DNA of 63,158 nucleotides, filler included, from Octopus bimaculoides (GCF_001194135.2; 9 parts of 7 records of this genome joined end to end with filler, not necessarily neighbours in it); one strand, 5' to 3'; counted from the first letter of the whole stretch, positions 13,330 through 26,498 are shown. The notes: a model not told the origin generated them from the sequence alone. Made by a program: numbers and translations.

Positions 13330-13365
13330 CTAGCAGTAATACCCGTCGTTGATCGGGTAATTACT
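13330..13365 (-). mobile_element. Helitron 3' terminus
   Basis: Minus strand: hairpin tacccg...cgggta followed a few bases later by CTAG and then T, the canonical Helitron end. Confidence 0.7.
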
Positions 13366-13499
13366 TTTACCGTTTCTCGTGAGCCACATTCAAAGTATTA
13401 TTATGAATATAATTTAATCCTACTGTATATGGTGCTCCAAAATGACCGCATTCAAATGACTAAAACAGATAAAAGAATAATACCTGGCATGACAGCAAA

Positions 13500-14030
13500 A
13501 ATACCAGAGCGTTATGTTCGTCGATGCTACCCCCTAGCGGCGAACTAGCCTTTTTAGAAAGACATTAAGTAAGGCTAATCTACGGATTAAAGTAGTAGAA
13601 AGGTCTGGGGCCCCTTTAAAATCCCTGATCTGTAGTACCTGTCCCTTTGATAAGTCCCCTTGTGCGGCGTACAATTGTGTTGCATGTAGGATGAACCCAC
13701 GGGTTAACTGTGAGGTTAGGAATGTAGTGTATAGCTAATGATGTACTGAGGGACGGTGCAGAAGCATGACAACTACCTACATTGGAGAGACTGCACGCAG
13801 CATAGGAGAGCGTATAAGTGGCATTGGCGAGAGCTCAAAGAAGAGAAAAGCTCATCAGTGCTCTACCAACATGATCCGGAAGAACATGGAGGCTCGATTA
13901 ATAGCATAGAGGTTAAAGTATTATCGACGAATAGAACTGACAGGACACTTAGACAGATCACAGAGGATACACATATAACAGCAGACAGATCGAGCCTCAA
14001 TAGAAAACACGAATAGAACAGTAACACCTA
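13500..14030 (+). mobile_element. Penelope-like element, Cys-rich linker plus GIY-YIG endonuclease remnant
   Basis: VMFVDAT-PSGELA...IKVVERSGAPLKSLICSTCPF...CAAYNCVAC...CEVRNVVY...YIGETARSIGER/...SVLYQH...LRQITE...LNRKHE, with frameshifts and stops. Confidence 0.85.
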
Positions 14031-14605
14031 CCACCACACCACATGACTAAAGACAGGAGGGAAGAGAAGAGAGAGGAAAAAATCGGAAATAATACACAGA
14101 CACACACGAGGTAATACACACAAAATAGACATATATGCACTTACCTGTGATACGTATAAAAATAGAGATAGATATATAAAAATAAAAACTTAAAAATAAT
14201 AATTAATAAATATATAAATAGATAAATATATTTGTCACATACTTGTGATAAATATAAGAAATAGGGATAGATAAAATATAAATAACAAATAAATGAATTC
14301 ATTAAAAGAGCATGGATATAAACAACATACGAAGCGAACCCATACACACACACACACAAGAAATTTCACAGACGGTCCCAACAATATCAACAACACGAAT
14401 AACAACGACAGCAACAGTGGCGGCGACAACGATGGCAATAACAACAACAACCACGATAGCAACACCATGGGCGAACACACAAATACAGAGAGATACAGGA
14501 ACTGTACCAAATTTTCGGGTCTTATGACAGCAGCAGCACAATGGGGTGAGAGGATGGGGCTGAGGGGAACGCCATACTACTGCTAAGAACAGTGACACAC
14601 ACACA

Positions 14606-14680
<75 letters not shown>

Positions 14681-14999
14681 GCACACACACACGCACACGC
14701 ACACGCACACATGCACGCATACAAACACAGACGCAAACGCGTGCGCTCATAAGGATGCACACATTAGAAGAACAGAATGGAGTAATTGGAGCAAGAGCAC
14801 ACATGAAAACGAAAAGTGTCACAGAAGATGTCACAGATGTGTGACGAAAGATTTCCGGATAATGGACATGAGCTAAAATAATAAAAAAGAAATAAGAACA
14901 GTAAGAAACGAGTGAAGAACATATATATAGTGCGTCTGTTTATTTGGTAAAAACAATAAATAAATAAAAATGAGGAAAACCCCAACAGATTGCTAAGGA

Positions 15000-15320
15000 C
15001 TTCAAGATAGAGCTCCTTGTCACACAAGTGCAGTGGCTCAAAAATTTCTCAGAGATGAGTTTGGAAATAGATTTCTGGATAAGAACACTTGGTCTCCTTC
15101 ATCATTTGATTTCAACCCTTTAGACTTTAGCATCTGGAATGAACTGGTCAGAAAAGCTTGTGAGAAACACCACAGTAATCTACAAACCCTCAAAAACTCC
15201 ATCCGTAGGACGTAGGAAGAGGACACTGATGAGAAATTCATTAAGAAAGTTTGTGCTGCAGTCAGGAAGAGGGTTGAGGAAGTCATTCCCGAAAGAGGAG
15301 CAACTCTTGGTGCCTAACAC
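15000..15320 (+). mobile_element. maT/Bmmar1-like (DDxD) transposase C-terminal fragment
   Basis: LQDRAPCHTSAVAQKFLRDEFGNRFLDKNTWSPSSFDFNPLDFSIWNELVRKACEKHHSNLQTLK...KRVEEVIPERG. Confidence 0.85.
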
Positions 15321-16099
15321 GTAGGATTTCAATCAGGATGGTCTTTTGCACTATGATATAAAACTTTAAGCTTCAATTCAAACTTTATTCCAATCCTTAA
15401 TGAGCTCTCAGTCATGGGCTATGGTTAATTATTTATGAAAATGTCATTTTCGCCCATGATCAACTTCACCACGATTCTTCTGGTGAGTTTGGAGAATAAT
15501 CAACATTTTTCTTGCGCAAAGTAGAGCCCAATAGCGTTAAAAAACCTCTGATAATCCTATTAAGTTATCTTTAAGCATTCCTGAGATACACAGGTTCGAA
15601 GCTGAATCTCATATTTGGACAGTTTTGCTGATACGCCCGGTATATATGTACCGACATTTTTTCTCTTCTATATTTACTTCCATTCTATTTATTCTATCTC
15701 CTTTAGGAATTTCTTCCGGGCGTTACCCATTACAATTCGTCTTGGCCAAATGGCCCTTAATGTTTGTCTTCGTCGATTGTTTACTTTGTACGTCCACTCT
15801 GTTGTTGTTTGTTCGTTCGAGACCCTAACTCTCCACAAATTTTATATTTCTAAAATTTCTGGATGCTGCTATCTTACGAAGTTTTCCTTTCTTGTCGTTA
15901 AAAGTACAGAATGGGTCAGTAAAACAGTCGACAGCTGATGAGCGAGTTATCTCCCTTTGGTATTTTGTCCTGTACTTGTTTCTCGTGTGCTTACGTATTT
16001 CTCACTTGTTAGTGATGTCCTGTACTTAATATGTATTTTTTATTTATTCATCATCGAACACCACACAGCCTTGTCCATGGTAAGTTCATATATATATAT

Positions 16100-16240
16100 A
16101 TATGTACGACGGGCTTCTTTCAGTTTCCGTCTACCAAATCCACTCACGGGCCTTTGGTCGGCCTGAGGCTATAGTAAAAGGCACTTGTTCAAGGTTCCAC
16201 GCAGTGGGACTAAACCTGGAACTATGTGTTTGGGAAGCAA
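16100..16240 (-). mobile_element. OR-like SINE head
   Basis: gacgggcttctttcagtttccgtctaccaaatccactcac...gcagtgggactaaacctggaactatgtg. Confidence 0.85.
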
Positions 16241-17084
16241 GATAATTTAATATCGTATATAGTACTTATCCACCTTTTGTCTTTTGTCATATATATATAT
16301 GTGTGTGTGTGTGTGGGGGGGGGGACACACACAAATCATTTAAAAGTAAAGGAAAATCATCATCAACAGAAAACGGAAGAAACAAAGCTTAACTAAAGTA
16401 CTTTCATCAGAGATTGAAGAGATTCTGTTTTCTGACAACGAATGAAAGGTTATAGATTATTAACACAGATACCATAATTCACATGAAACATCTGTTATAA
16501 AGTACTCGATGCTTTATCATTTGGCAATTTGGCATCAACCTTTGCTCCTTATGTATCGTGTTAAAACAACGTTTTTGTTTTCGAAGTAGGACAGAGTTCA
16601 AGTCATACAATAAGAATCTTATGTTGTTACATATTTTACTGGGGGTCAGGATATGAATATGAATTATCGCTTAAACATTTAGAAAACTTTGCTTGGATAA
16701 TAATAATAATAATAATAATAATTAATTCGTTTTATTGGCCACAAGGGCTAATATCAATTAAAGACATATAAGGACAAAGACAGGACGAAAGTTACAAAAG
16801 GTTTTGTCCGAAAAGGTAGGAAAGTTCGTCTAAACAGAGGAAGAAAACGGAGAAAGATATAATAAATAAATAGATAAATAAATAGATAAATAAATAAGTA
16901 GAACTCCCAAAAGGGGAGGCGCTTCGAAAATGGAAAGGTTACACGTGGAAAAACCCATANNNNNNNNNNNNNNNNNNNNNNNNNNNNNNNNNNNNNNNNN
17001 NNNTTAATTAATTAANNNNNNNNNNNNNNNNNNNNNNNNNNNNNNNNNNNNNNNNNNNNATATATATATATATATATAAACCAG

Positions 17085-17255
17085 TAAAAAGCACCCACTA
17101 CACTCTCGGAGTGATTGGTGTTAAGAAGGGCATCCAGCTGTCGAAACCTTGCCAGATCAGATTGGAGCCTGGTACAGCCTCCTAGCTTACCAGTCCTCAG
17201 TCAAACTGTCCAACCCATGCCAGCATGGAAAGCGGACATTAAACGATGACGATGA
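17085..17255 (+). mobile_element. SINE 3' part (aagaagggcatccagctg family, Meta-domain-like) ending in (GAT)n
   Basis: ggagtgattggtgttaagaagggcatccagctg...ccaacccatgccagcatggaaagcggacattaaacgatgacgatga; inverted homologues at 22.4-22.8 kb. The Meta-domain label is from memory. Confidence 0.7.
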
Positions 17256-17284
17256 TAAAGATAACAAAACCAATATTCTTTCAT

Positions 17285-17455
17285 TCTTTTACTTGTTACA
17301 GTAATCTGACTGCGGCCATGCTGGAGCACTGCCTTTAGTCGAACAAATCTAGTTCAGGACATTTTCTTTGTAAGCCTAGTACTTATTCTATCGGTCTCTT
17401 TTGCCAAACTACTAAGTTACGGGGATGTGAACACACCAACATTGGTCACAAAGCA
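17285..17455 (-). mobile_element. OR-like SINE tail
   Basis: gactgcggccatgctggagcactgcctttagtcgaacaa...aagcctagtacttattctatcggtctc. Confidence 0.85.
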
Positions 17456-17767
17456 GCATTTTAACCACATTGCCATATGGTGTTTATATGGTATTTTCTA
17501 AAAATAAAACAGTTGTATTCACACACACAGATGTGTGTATGTATGTATGTATGTATGTATATATACTTTCTATGTATGTATGTATGTATTTATATGAGAT
17601 AAAAACAATAAATAAACGCAGTATATTAGGTTTACATTCAGGAAAAATTACATGTTTTTTACATTTCATGCATATGCTCTTCTGTGGGGAAAAAATAGAT
17701 AAGGAGAGAAAAAAATTTGAGAGAAAAGAATAAATGTGCTTCAATTAGACAGCGACCACATGTTTAA

Positions 17768-17848
<81 letters not shown>

Positions 17849-18334
17849 TATATATATATATATATAGATGTGTGTGTGTGGACAGGTGTGAAAATATGAG
17901 TGTATGTATGAATGTATTGAAAGAAAGATACACACACACACACATCTAGATAGTTAGATAGATAGAGAGATAGATAGATATATGGGCAGATAGATAGATA
18001 GATAATGGAGAGATAGATCAATAGATAAATAGACAGACAGATAGATAGATACATAGACTTAGATAGATAGATTTTGGCTATCTTCCACACATTAAGCATT
18101 TTCTTCTTGGAATTCTTTTCTCAAAATTCTTTTGCTTTTCCTTCAATTATTCCACTTCATAAACACTCACTTGTTTTAATTTCCTTTTTTTCTTTTCGTT
18201 TCACTCGAGTTTTCCTGTACATTCATATATTCATAAGTCTCTCAAAATCACCTATTTATATATACATCTATCATGTTTTATTATTTAATTTTTTCATCAT
18301 TTTTTTCTCCTGATATTTATATGCATAAGTGTTG

Positions 18335-18490
18335 GAATGACTGTGCATTTAGCAAGTTTGCTTGTCAACCACATGGTCTCAGGTTCGGTTCCACTGCAAG
18401 GCACTGGGACAAATGTCTTCTGTTATAACCCTAGGTCAATCAAAATATTACAAGTGGATTTCATAGATACAAATTGAAAGAAGCCAATCA
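18335..18490 (+). mobile_element. OR-like SINE head, diverged
   Basis: aagtttgcttgtcaaccacatggtctcaggttcggttccactgcaaggcactgggacaaatgtcttc. Confidence 0.75.
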
Positions 18491-20879
18491 TATATATATA
18501 TATATGCAATGAGGATTATCCTCCACACTTCTCTTAACAAAGCAAAGTGTTCTGTCAGAGGGCCTTAGTTGACCTGGGCAAGGTGATGTGGACTACTTCC
18601 CCATCTGTTGAATTGAACAATTACTTTATTAACTGTAGAAAGTGAAATCACCAGGTTTTCTGTGGTTTTAGACTAAGTCAAATTTGAAATTGATCCAGCA
18701 TATGGCTTCTTTATAATTCGGACAGTTCCAAGGCTTCTTTTGTACATGGCCTGTTTGAAGAGTCACATATAGAACATGAAACATAGAAATGTCAATCAAA
18801 AAAAAAATAAATAAATAAACTTCTTCAAATTAAAATAACCATAAAACGATGTATTAATGGGTGCCTATTTACTTTTGTCATGTTTGTGTACAAATGAATA
18901 ATCTGTTAGAATTGCGCTCTAAAAAAAAAAGAAACCCTTTAGTAGAAAACCCAGAATTAGCCACAGTAAGGTTATCCCACTGTTAAACTTTTTACTTTTC
19001 AAACTCATGCTAGGATGGAAAAATGTACATAGGTATGAAACTTATTTTACACATGTATTGATGCATATAAAAGATGAAATTATGTTGTCTACATTCTTAA
19101 ATACTTGCAATCAATTTATTGTAAGAACATAGAATTTTGACAGGTTTTCTTGAGTTGTTGCTTATCTACAATAATCTGATAAATTCGGGGTTATTGTTGG
19201 TTGCATAAGATTGTCATTGAATTTTCTCTCGACACAAATATCTGATCATCATTTTCTCCATACTAGCATGGGTTGTATGTGTCATGTTGATATCTGTTTC
19301 AGTTTAATTCCCTCTGCAATGTTTTCATAAAATACAGTTGTCCCTTGGCTTACACAGTATTCTGTTTCTTAGTTTCACTTTAGCAAAATTATGCTCAGTT
19401 GTTTTTACAAATAGAAAAGTAGTACCTGCCTCAGTTTTTCATTTTATATGTGTTTATATTTTCATTTTATATGTGTTTTAGTTGTAATCCTCTATGCCCT
19501 CCCCAAGTCTTTTGAGGGAAGCAAAGAAGACTGATAATATGTATTAAATGGTTAACGAAAATGTGATNNNNNNNNNNNNNNNNNNNNNNNNNNNNNNNNN
19601 NNNNNNNNNNNNNNNNNNNNNNNNNNNNNNNNNNNNNNNNNNNNNNNNNNNNNNNNNNNNNNNNNNNNNNNNNNNNNNNNNNNNNNNNNNNNNNNNNNNN
19701 NNNNNNNNNNNNNNNNNNNNNNNNNNNNNNNNNNNNNNNNNNNNNNNNNNNNNNNNNNNNNNNNNNNNNNNNNNNNNNNNNNNNNNNNNNNNNNNNNNNN
19801 NNNNNNNNNNNNNNNNNNNNNNNNNNNNNNNNNNNNNNNNNNNNNNNNNNNNNNNNNNNNNNNNNNNNNNNNNNNNNNNNNNNNNNNNNNNNNNNNNNNN
19901 NNNNNNNNNNNNNNNNNNNNNNNNNNNNNNNNNNNNNNNNNNNNNNNNNNNNNNNNNNNNNNNNNNNNNNNNNNNNNNNNNNNNNNNNNNNNNNNNNNNN
20001 NNNNNNNNNNNNNNNNNNNNNNNNNNNNNNNNNNNNNNNNNNNNNNNNNNNNNNNNNNNNNNNNNNNNNNNNNNNNNNNNNNNNNNNNNNNNNNNNNNNN
20101 NNNNNNNNNNNNNNNNNNNNNNNNNNNNNNNNNNNNNNNNNNNNNNNNNNNNNNNNNNNNNNNNNNNNNNNNAAAAAAATCTGACTTTCAAATGTTGTTG
20201 GTTGATATTTTGCTCGTTGTTTGCATATCATGTTTTCTATTATAGTTGGCAAATTGCCAAAGGTAAGTGGTTTTTCTTATTTTGTTGAGTATTTGCTGTT
20301 TTTCTTATTTTGTTGAGGGTTTGTTGTTAGGATTGGGGTTCAGACTTTAGACTATATTAGGGTTAGCTTGGGGATTTGTGAACGGTTTTTATAGAGAATA
20401 GTTAGGTAAGAGATCAAAATTTGAACTAGGGGTTAGGTTTTGCGGTGATGGGGAGGGTAGAGATTAAACAGGATCAGTATTGAAGATGAAGGCTTATTGC
20501 GAGTGTTGATCATGGTTTAATGTTGGGTTTAGCAGTGAAAAACGGGGATGAGGGCTAAGGTTAGTGTTTTGTATGATCATGCCTCATCCCCTACTAGAAT
20601 CGGAGAAATATAACCACGGAAAGCATCATATAGTTCGTTCTTCTATTGTTAACCATAATTCACAGGACATCGTGGTTTCCTGTTACACATATTGGTAAGG
20701 ATGATATGTTTACATCTTGAAATGGACTAGTTGTTACATAATAATATTCGTTGTGTGGTTCAAAAATTTTTTTGTACCTTTGTGGGATTAAGAGGTAAAG
20801 AAATAGGAAGCTCGTGAATTGGAGAATCCACATTTCCACTATCAATTTTAATTTTATTCGTCCATCCTTTTTATTCCTG

Positions 20880-21350
20880 TAACCCTTGCTTTGCTTTGTA
20901 GACGTCACTATCCATTGGACAGCTGGGCAACTGGTTCCGATAAAACTGTCACACAAGAAGGCCCGCTGCCCCAGCATCTCCACAGCTGGAAATAGCAAGG
21001 AGCGGGCTTGATTTGAGCTGAGATGGTCAGACTACACAGAAGCCACTCGTCTTATGAGTAACGACGTAGTCTTTCAGCTTCTTGAATGTTGCAATGAGAC
21101 CCTCAGAAAAGATCTCTCATGGACGTTTGGCGCTTAGGCTTCCAGCAATGAGCAAACAGTCATCAGCTACATTAAGCCTCTGGCTGTCCGCCAAGAAAAT
21201 GTGATGGTCGCTCGTGTGCAGCTACAACAAATGTGCCGGGACTGGACGAACCGGTCAGGACATTTGCTGCACCCCTTCGAGGGCAGGTAGGGGTTACTCA
21301 TAGGACATGTAAGGCCACACATCTGCAATATTGCTTTGTGGACATCACTG
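20880..21350 (+). pseudogene. Gypsy-type LTR retrotransposon gag remnant
   Basis: Frame +3: KKARCPSISTAGNSKERA*FELRWSDYTEATRLMSNDVVFQLLECCNETLRKDL...IKPLAVRQENVMVARVQLQQM, frameshift, then DEPVRTFAAPLRGQVGV. This matches the recalled QLLECC...LRKDL...LAVREEN.MVARV gag family of marine invertebrates. Confidence 0.8.
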
Positions 21351-22424
21351 CCAATCGGAATGAATGGGAAACGATTCAATGTATCCATCAGAGAAGGGCA
21401 GATTCTTAACCCATTTAGTCCTTGCTGTGCCGTACAGCTCCGCAAAAATTGGGTATAAAAAAGTTTATACTTATGTCCATCGTTTTCAAAGGGATATTAT
21501 ATTTAAACGCTTGCCCTTTCAAAGACATGGCAAGGGTTGTTTTTATTGTTTTGTAAAGGAGGTAACTTGGAAAGACGTCTTGGCACTTTCTCAACTGTTA
21601 AAGTTATTTCTCTTAAAATGAGATTTATTTTAATTTTTAAGAGATTTTTGTCTTGAAATATCTTAAATGTATCTTAAAAGTGGCAGGCATAATATATGGA
21701 CCCAAGGGTATACAAGTGAAGTCGACTCAGACGGAAATTGAACTCGGAACATAAAGCCTCACAAAATACAACTCGTATATCTTTCTTTAAACATACATAC
21801 AGGCACATATGTATGTGTGAATATATCTAGGCATGTATATATATATATATGGATATCTGTGTATCTGAATGTATGTGCGCGTGTAGTGTTTGCGTAAAGG
21901 TATGTGTATGCGTGTACGTGTGTGTGTGTGTTTGTATGTATGCATGTGTATCTGTGAGTATCTATACATGTATGTGTGTTTGGGTGAGGTTTATGGTTAG
22001 AGCTATCGGGTTAGTTGTCTCTTTGTCTTCTTTCTTTCTCGTACACGATTACTTTAATATAGGCTCACACATAGATATAAATACAATCACACAGATACAC
22101 ACACACACACACACACACATACACACATTCACACATACATAAATCATGTGCGCACACACCTTATATTGCCAAAATATACCTGCATGAATAATTGATGCAT
22201 TTTTTGTTCCCCTCCCCATGGCAGAGACACGACAACAACAACAACTACAATAACAGTGACTCCTACCACTTGAACACTAGCGCCCAACCGATTCCACTCT
22301 GTTTGTTCTACTTGTCACCACAGACATAAACCGAACTCTTCACACCTCAAGAACATTACTTCTATCATCGTCGTCGTCTTCATTGTCGTTGTCGCCATCT
22401 TCCTCATCATCCTTCAGTGTCAGC

Positions 22425-22795
22425 TTTCCATGCTGGCGTGTGGGTGGAATGGTCTGGAAGGAACTGGTAGGTGTGAAGAAGACTGCATCAAGCGATGCTG
22501 TCTGCTTTGGAATGGTTTCTGCGGTGGAATGTTCTTCTTAACGCCGACCACTTCACAGAGTGTACTGAGCGATCGCAACATACACACACACATAGGGATG
22601 TGTGCGTATCATCATCATCGTCGTTTAACGTCCGCTTTCCATGCTGGCATGGGTTGGACAGTTTGACTGAGGAATGGTGAGCCAGGAGGCTCCACCAGGC
22701 TCCAATCTGATCTGGCAATGTTTCTACAGCTGGATGCCCTTCCTAACGCCAACCACTCCGAGAGTGTAGTGGGTGCTTTTACGTGCCACCGACAG
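22425..22795 (-). mobile_element. Two adjacent copies of the aagggcatccagctg SINE 3' part
   Basis: 22610-22795: cgtccgctttccatgctggcatgggttggac...cagctggatgcccttcctaacgcc; a diverged related copy lies at 22425-22570. Confidence 0.75.
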
Positions 22796-23075
22796 GACTT
22801 ATTCTTTGTAAGCCTAGTACTTATTCTATCAGTCTGTTTTGCTGAGCCACTAAGTTACGGGGATGTAAACACACCAGCATCGGTTGTCAAATGGTGGTGG
22901 GGGAACAAACACAGACACACAAACACACACATATATACATGATGGGCTTCTTTCAGTTTCTGTCTACCAAATCCACTTACAAGGCTTTGGGCAGCCCAAG
23001 GCTATAGTAGAAGACACTTACCCAAGGTGCCACACTGTGGGACTGAACCTGAAACCATGTGGTTGGGAAGCAAAT
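22796..23075 (-). mobile_element. OR-like SINE, head and body
   Basis: aagcctagtacttattctatc...gggcttctttcagtttc...cccaaggtgccacactgtgggactgaacctgaaaccatgtggttgggaagc. Confidence 0.88.
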
Positions 23076-23471
23076 TTATGCATGCATTTATGTATTCATA
23101 TTTGTATGTATGTACATACATATGTATATACATATATGTATGTGTGTATGCATGCTAGTTATTTGATAAAATCCTATACAGATTTTATGCTTGCTTTTAA
23201 TTTATATATATATATAGCACAGTGAAAATTTTTTAAAACATCAACAAGAAAAACCTAAAAAAAAACCACTCCTCACAGAAAAAAAAACAAAAGATTTCAA
23301 AACAAACCCTTTGTGATATTTGTTCTGCCTCAAATCACAAAGCACTGCCTTCTCACTCTTCATCATCACAAATGTGTTCAAGCAGCGATCGGCCTCTCTG
23401 GAAACCTGTTTACTAATGAAGCTAATTGTTTTCAAATTAGGGTATATATGTATATATATATATGTATATAC

Positions 23472-23518
<47 letters not shown>

Positions 23519-23899
23519 CGATGAATACTGACTTAAATAAACAAGTCTGCTCCAATCAGTGGCTGACCTAGAGCTTAATAACAACAACAACAGCAACAAT
23601 TTCACAGTCGAGCGGTTATTGGTTAGAGAGGCAAGGAACATCATCCAGCTATGAAAATAATTGATGCGCCAACTAAACCATTCCCTTGTTGAAAGCAATG
23701 GCAATAAATAGCATAGATGCCTAAATGGAACCAACAAAAAAAAAAAAAAAAATTATTATTATTAATATTATAATTATTATTATTATTATTATGATTATTA
23801 TTATTATTATTATTATTGCTGTCGTTTTAGCATTGTTTGCACTAATATCATTGTGGTTGTAATTAAGAGAAACCATTATTAATTAACAGGAACTCGTAT

Positions 23900-24660
23900 A
23901 GCAGTATCATGGTCATTTCGGTAATCACCATCGTCATCATCACTATACTGGTCGTCGTCGTTAACATGATGGTTTCTATAGCAGTCGTCGCCAGCATCCT
24001 CATCATCCTCCTCCTCATCATCATCACCATTACTGGCCCTGTCGTCTACTCACATCGTTACCATGAATCTCTGTCGTCGTCGTCGCCATCGTCGACAATC
24101 ATTGTTGTCATCGTCGATGTTGACATCGTCACCACCGTCGTCATCAGCATCATCACTATCATTAGTGTCATCGTCTGCATTCTCTTCACCATCATCACTA
24201 TCGCAGTCACTTTCGTCATCACAATGATCATAGTCGTTCTCGTCATCATCTTCATCACCATCATCATCATCATCATCATTATCGTCTATTAACATCGTTA
24301 ACATAATCACTTTCGTTGTTGCTGTCATAGATATTTTATCATCATCATCATCACCATGACCATCACTACCACCACTATCATCATCATCATCATAATCATC
24401 ATCATCATCATCACCATCACCACCATCATTATCATTGTCCTCATCACCATCACCATTATCATCATCGTCATCATCAACATCATCATCACCACCAACACCA
24501 TCATCTTCATCACCAACGTCCTCATTATCATCAACTTCATCACCACTGTCATCATCATCATCATCATCTTCCTCACTGCCATGATGTTGATCATCATCAT
24601 CACCATCACTGTCATCAATACCACCACCACCACCACCACCACCACCACCACTACTGCCAC
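23900..24660. repeat. (ATC/GTC/CAC)n compound trinucleotide tract
   Basis: Directly visible; explains the poly-Asp/Ile/Met ORFs. Confidence 0.92.
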
Positions 24661-24989
24661 CCCCATCTCCATCACCGGAGTCAATTACCTCTAAACACCC
24701 CACCTCCCGTGCACACGCCTCACCACCGAACAAAAGGCAATTAGTAAAAACAAGCAGCAGAGGTGAGGAAAAGAACTATAAAAGGAATGACCAGGAGAAA
24801 GAGTTGGTGGTGGTGGTCATGGGAGCTGCACATGTATAATGCATAATTGCATTGTATGTGTGCATAAAGCTATGATTGTATAAGTTTGAGTTGGTGTGTA
24901 TGTATATATATGGGTATATGTACATATATATATATACACCTATATATATACATATATACATATGCATACACACACACACACACACACAC

Positions 24990-25123
24990 ACATCTATATA
25001 TATACACATATGTATATATATATATATACACACATATATATATACATATGTATATTATATGAATACATATATAAAGGAAAGTATAACATGTGCACAAAAT
25101 GAAAATATATATTTTTTCATATG

Positions 25124-25156
<33 letters not shown>

Positions 25157-25700
25157 CTATATATATACACATATTTATATATATGCACACACATATATAT
25201 ATATATACATATGTATATTATATGAATACATGTATAAAGGAAAGTATAACATGAGCACAAAATGAAAAAATATATGTTTTCATATGCATATACACACACA
25301 CACACGCATCTATATATATATACACACATATATATATATATATGCACACACATATATATACATATGTATATTATATGAATACATATATAAACGAAAGTAT
25401 AACATGAGCACAAAATGAAAATATATAATTTTTCATATGCATACACACACACACACACACACATCTATATATATACACATATCTATATATATGCACACAC
25501 ATATATATATATACATATGTATATTATATGAATACATGTATAAAGGAAAGTATAACATGAGCACAAAATGAAAAAATATATGTTTCATATGCATATACAC
25601 ACACACACACATCTATATATATACACATATATATATATATAGACACACATATATATATACATATGTATATTATATGAATACATATATAAACGAAAGTATA
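24990..25700. repeat. ~150-bp tandem minisatellite, at least 5 units, running into a gap
   Basis: The unit core catatgtatattatatgaatac...gaaagtataacatg.gcacaaaatgaaaa recurs at about 25046, 25209, 25361, 25515 and 25660. Confidence 0.9.
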
Positions 25701-25964
25701 NNNNNNNNNNNNNNNNNNNNNNNNNNNNNNNNNNNNNNNNNNNNTTAATTAATTAANNNNNNNNNNNNNNNNNNNNNNNNNNNNNNNNNNNNNNNNNNNN
25801 TGAGTACTTCTCGTCTGGGTCGTTAGTTGTGTATGGGTGGGTGGGTGTATAAGTGTAAGGCTGTTTCCGGTGCATATGTGCTATTTTCATGTGCACACGC
25901 CCCTTCACTATATGCATGTTTGTATATGTGCGGGTGTATATGTGTGATGGTAGGGCGTATATAA

Positions 25965-26018
<54 letters not shown>

Positions 26019-26441
26019 GAGTGCGAATGTATGTCTCTATACATACGTATATTTATACGTATAGACATGTCTAAATATATATGTATTATATTACATGTAT
26101 GCATGTAAGCATCTATGTGTGTATGAGGATGAGGTTGCGTACATTATATATATACGCGTGCGCGTGTTTGTGCGGGTATGTGTGCATGTATGAGTACGTA
26201 CATACATGTGTGTGTGTATTTGTGTGTGCATGTACGTATACATGTTTATGTGCGTGTGTACGTATGTAGACATTGTAAACGCAGGTGGTTTATGTCTATG
26301 TATGTTATTTTTTTTGTGAGAATATGGTTATGTGTATATTTATATATATTTTTGTCATATTTTTTAATCTTTTAGCTTTTTCCATCTATTAGAGTTACTT
26401 TCCTTATATTTAACGGTTTTTCGTAGCGTCTGATGCCATTA

Positions 26442-26498
26442 ATAGGTGACGAGAATGTATCGTAACTCTTCGCTTCAACATTCGAAACTGAGTACTAT
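26442..26498 (+). ncRNA. Hammerhead ribozyme fold with a C3G core mutation
   Basis: atag-GTGACGA-gaatgt...acattc-GAAA-CTGAG-TA-ctat: stem I 4 bp, stem II 6 bp, GTA triplet. Confidence 0.55.

Noticed and set aside
18540-19330. Possible minus-strand exons in a CpG-poor unique block
   Set aside because: Splice-like sites exist, but the joined peptides are short and unrecognisable, so a gene cannot be supported.
23309-23342. Short inverted repeats (also 21607-21643, 30418-30434 and about 39478-39513)
   Set aside because: Stems of 7-10 bp are expected by chance in 63 kb of AT-rich DNA and are too short for pre-miRNA.
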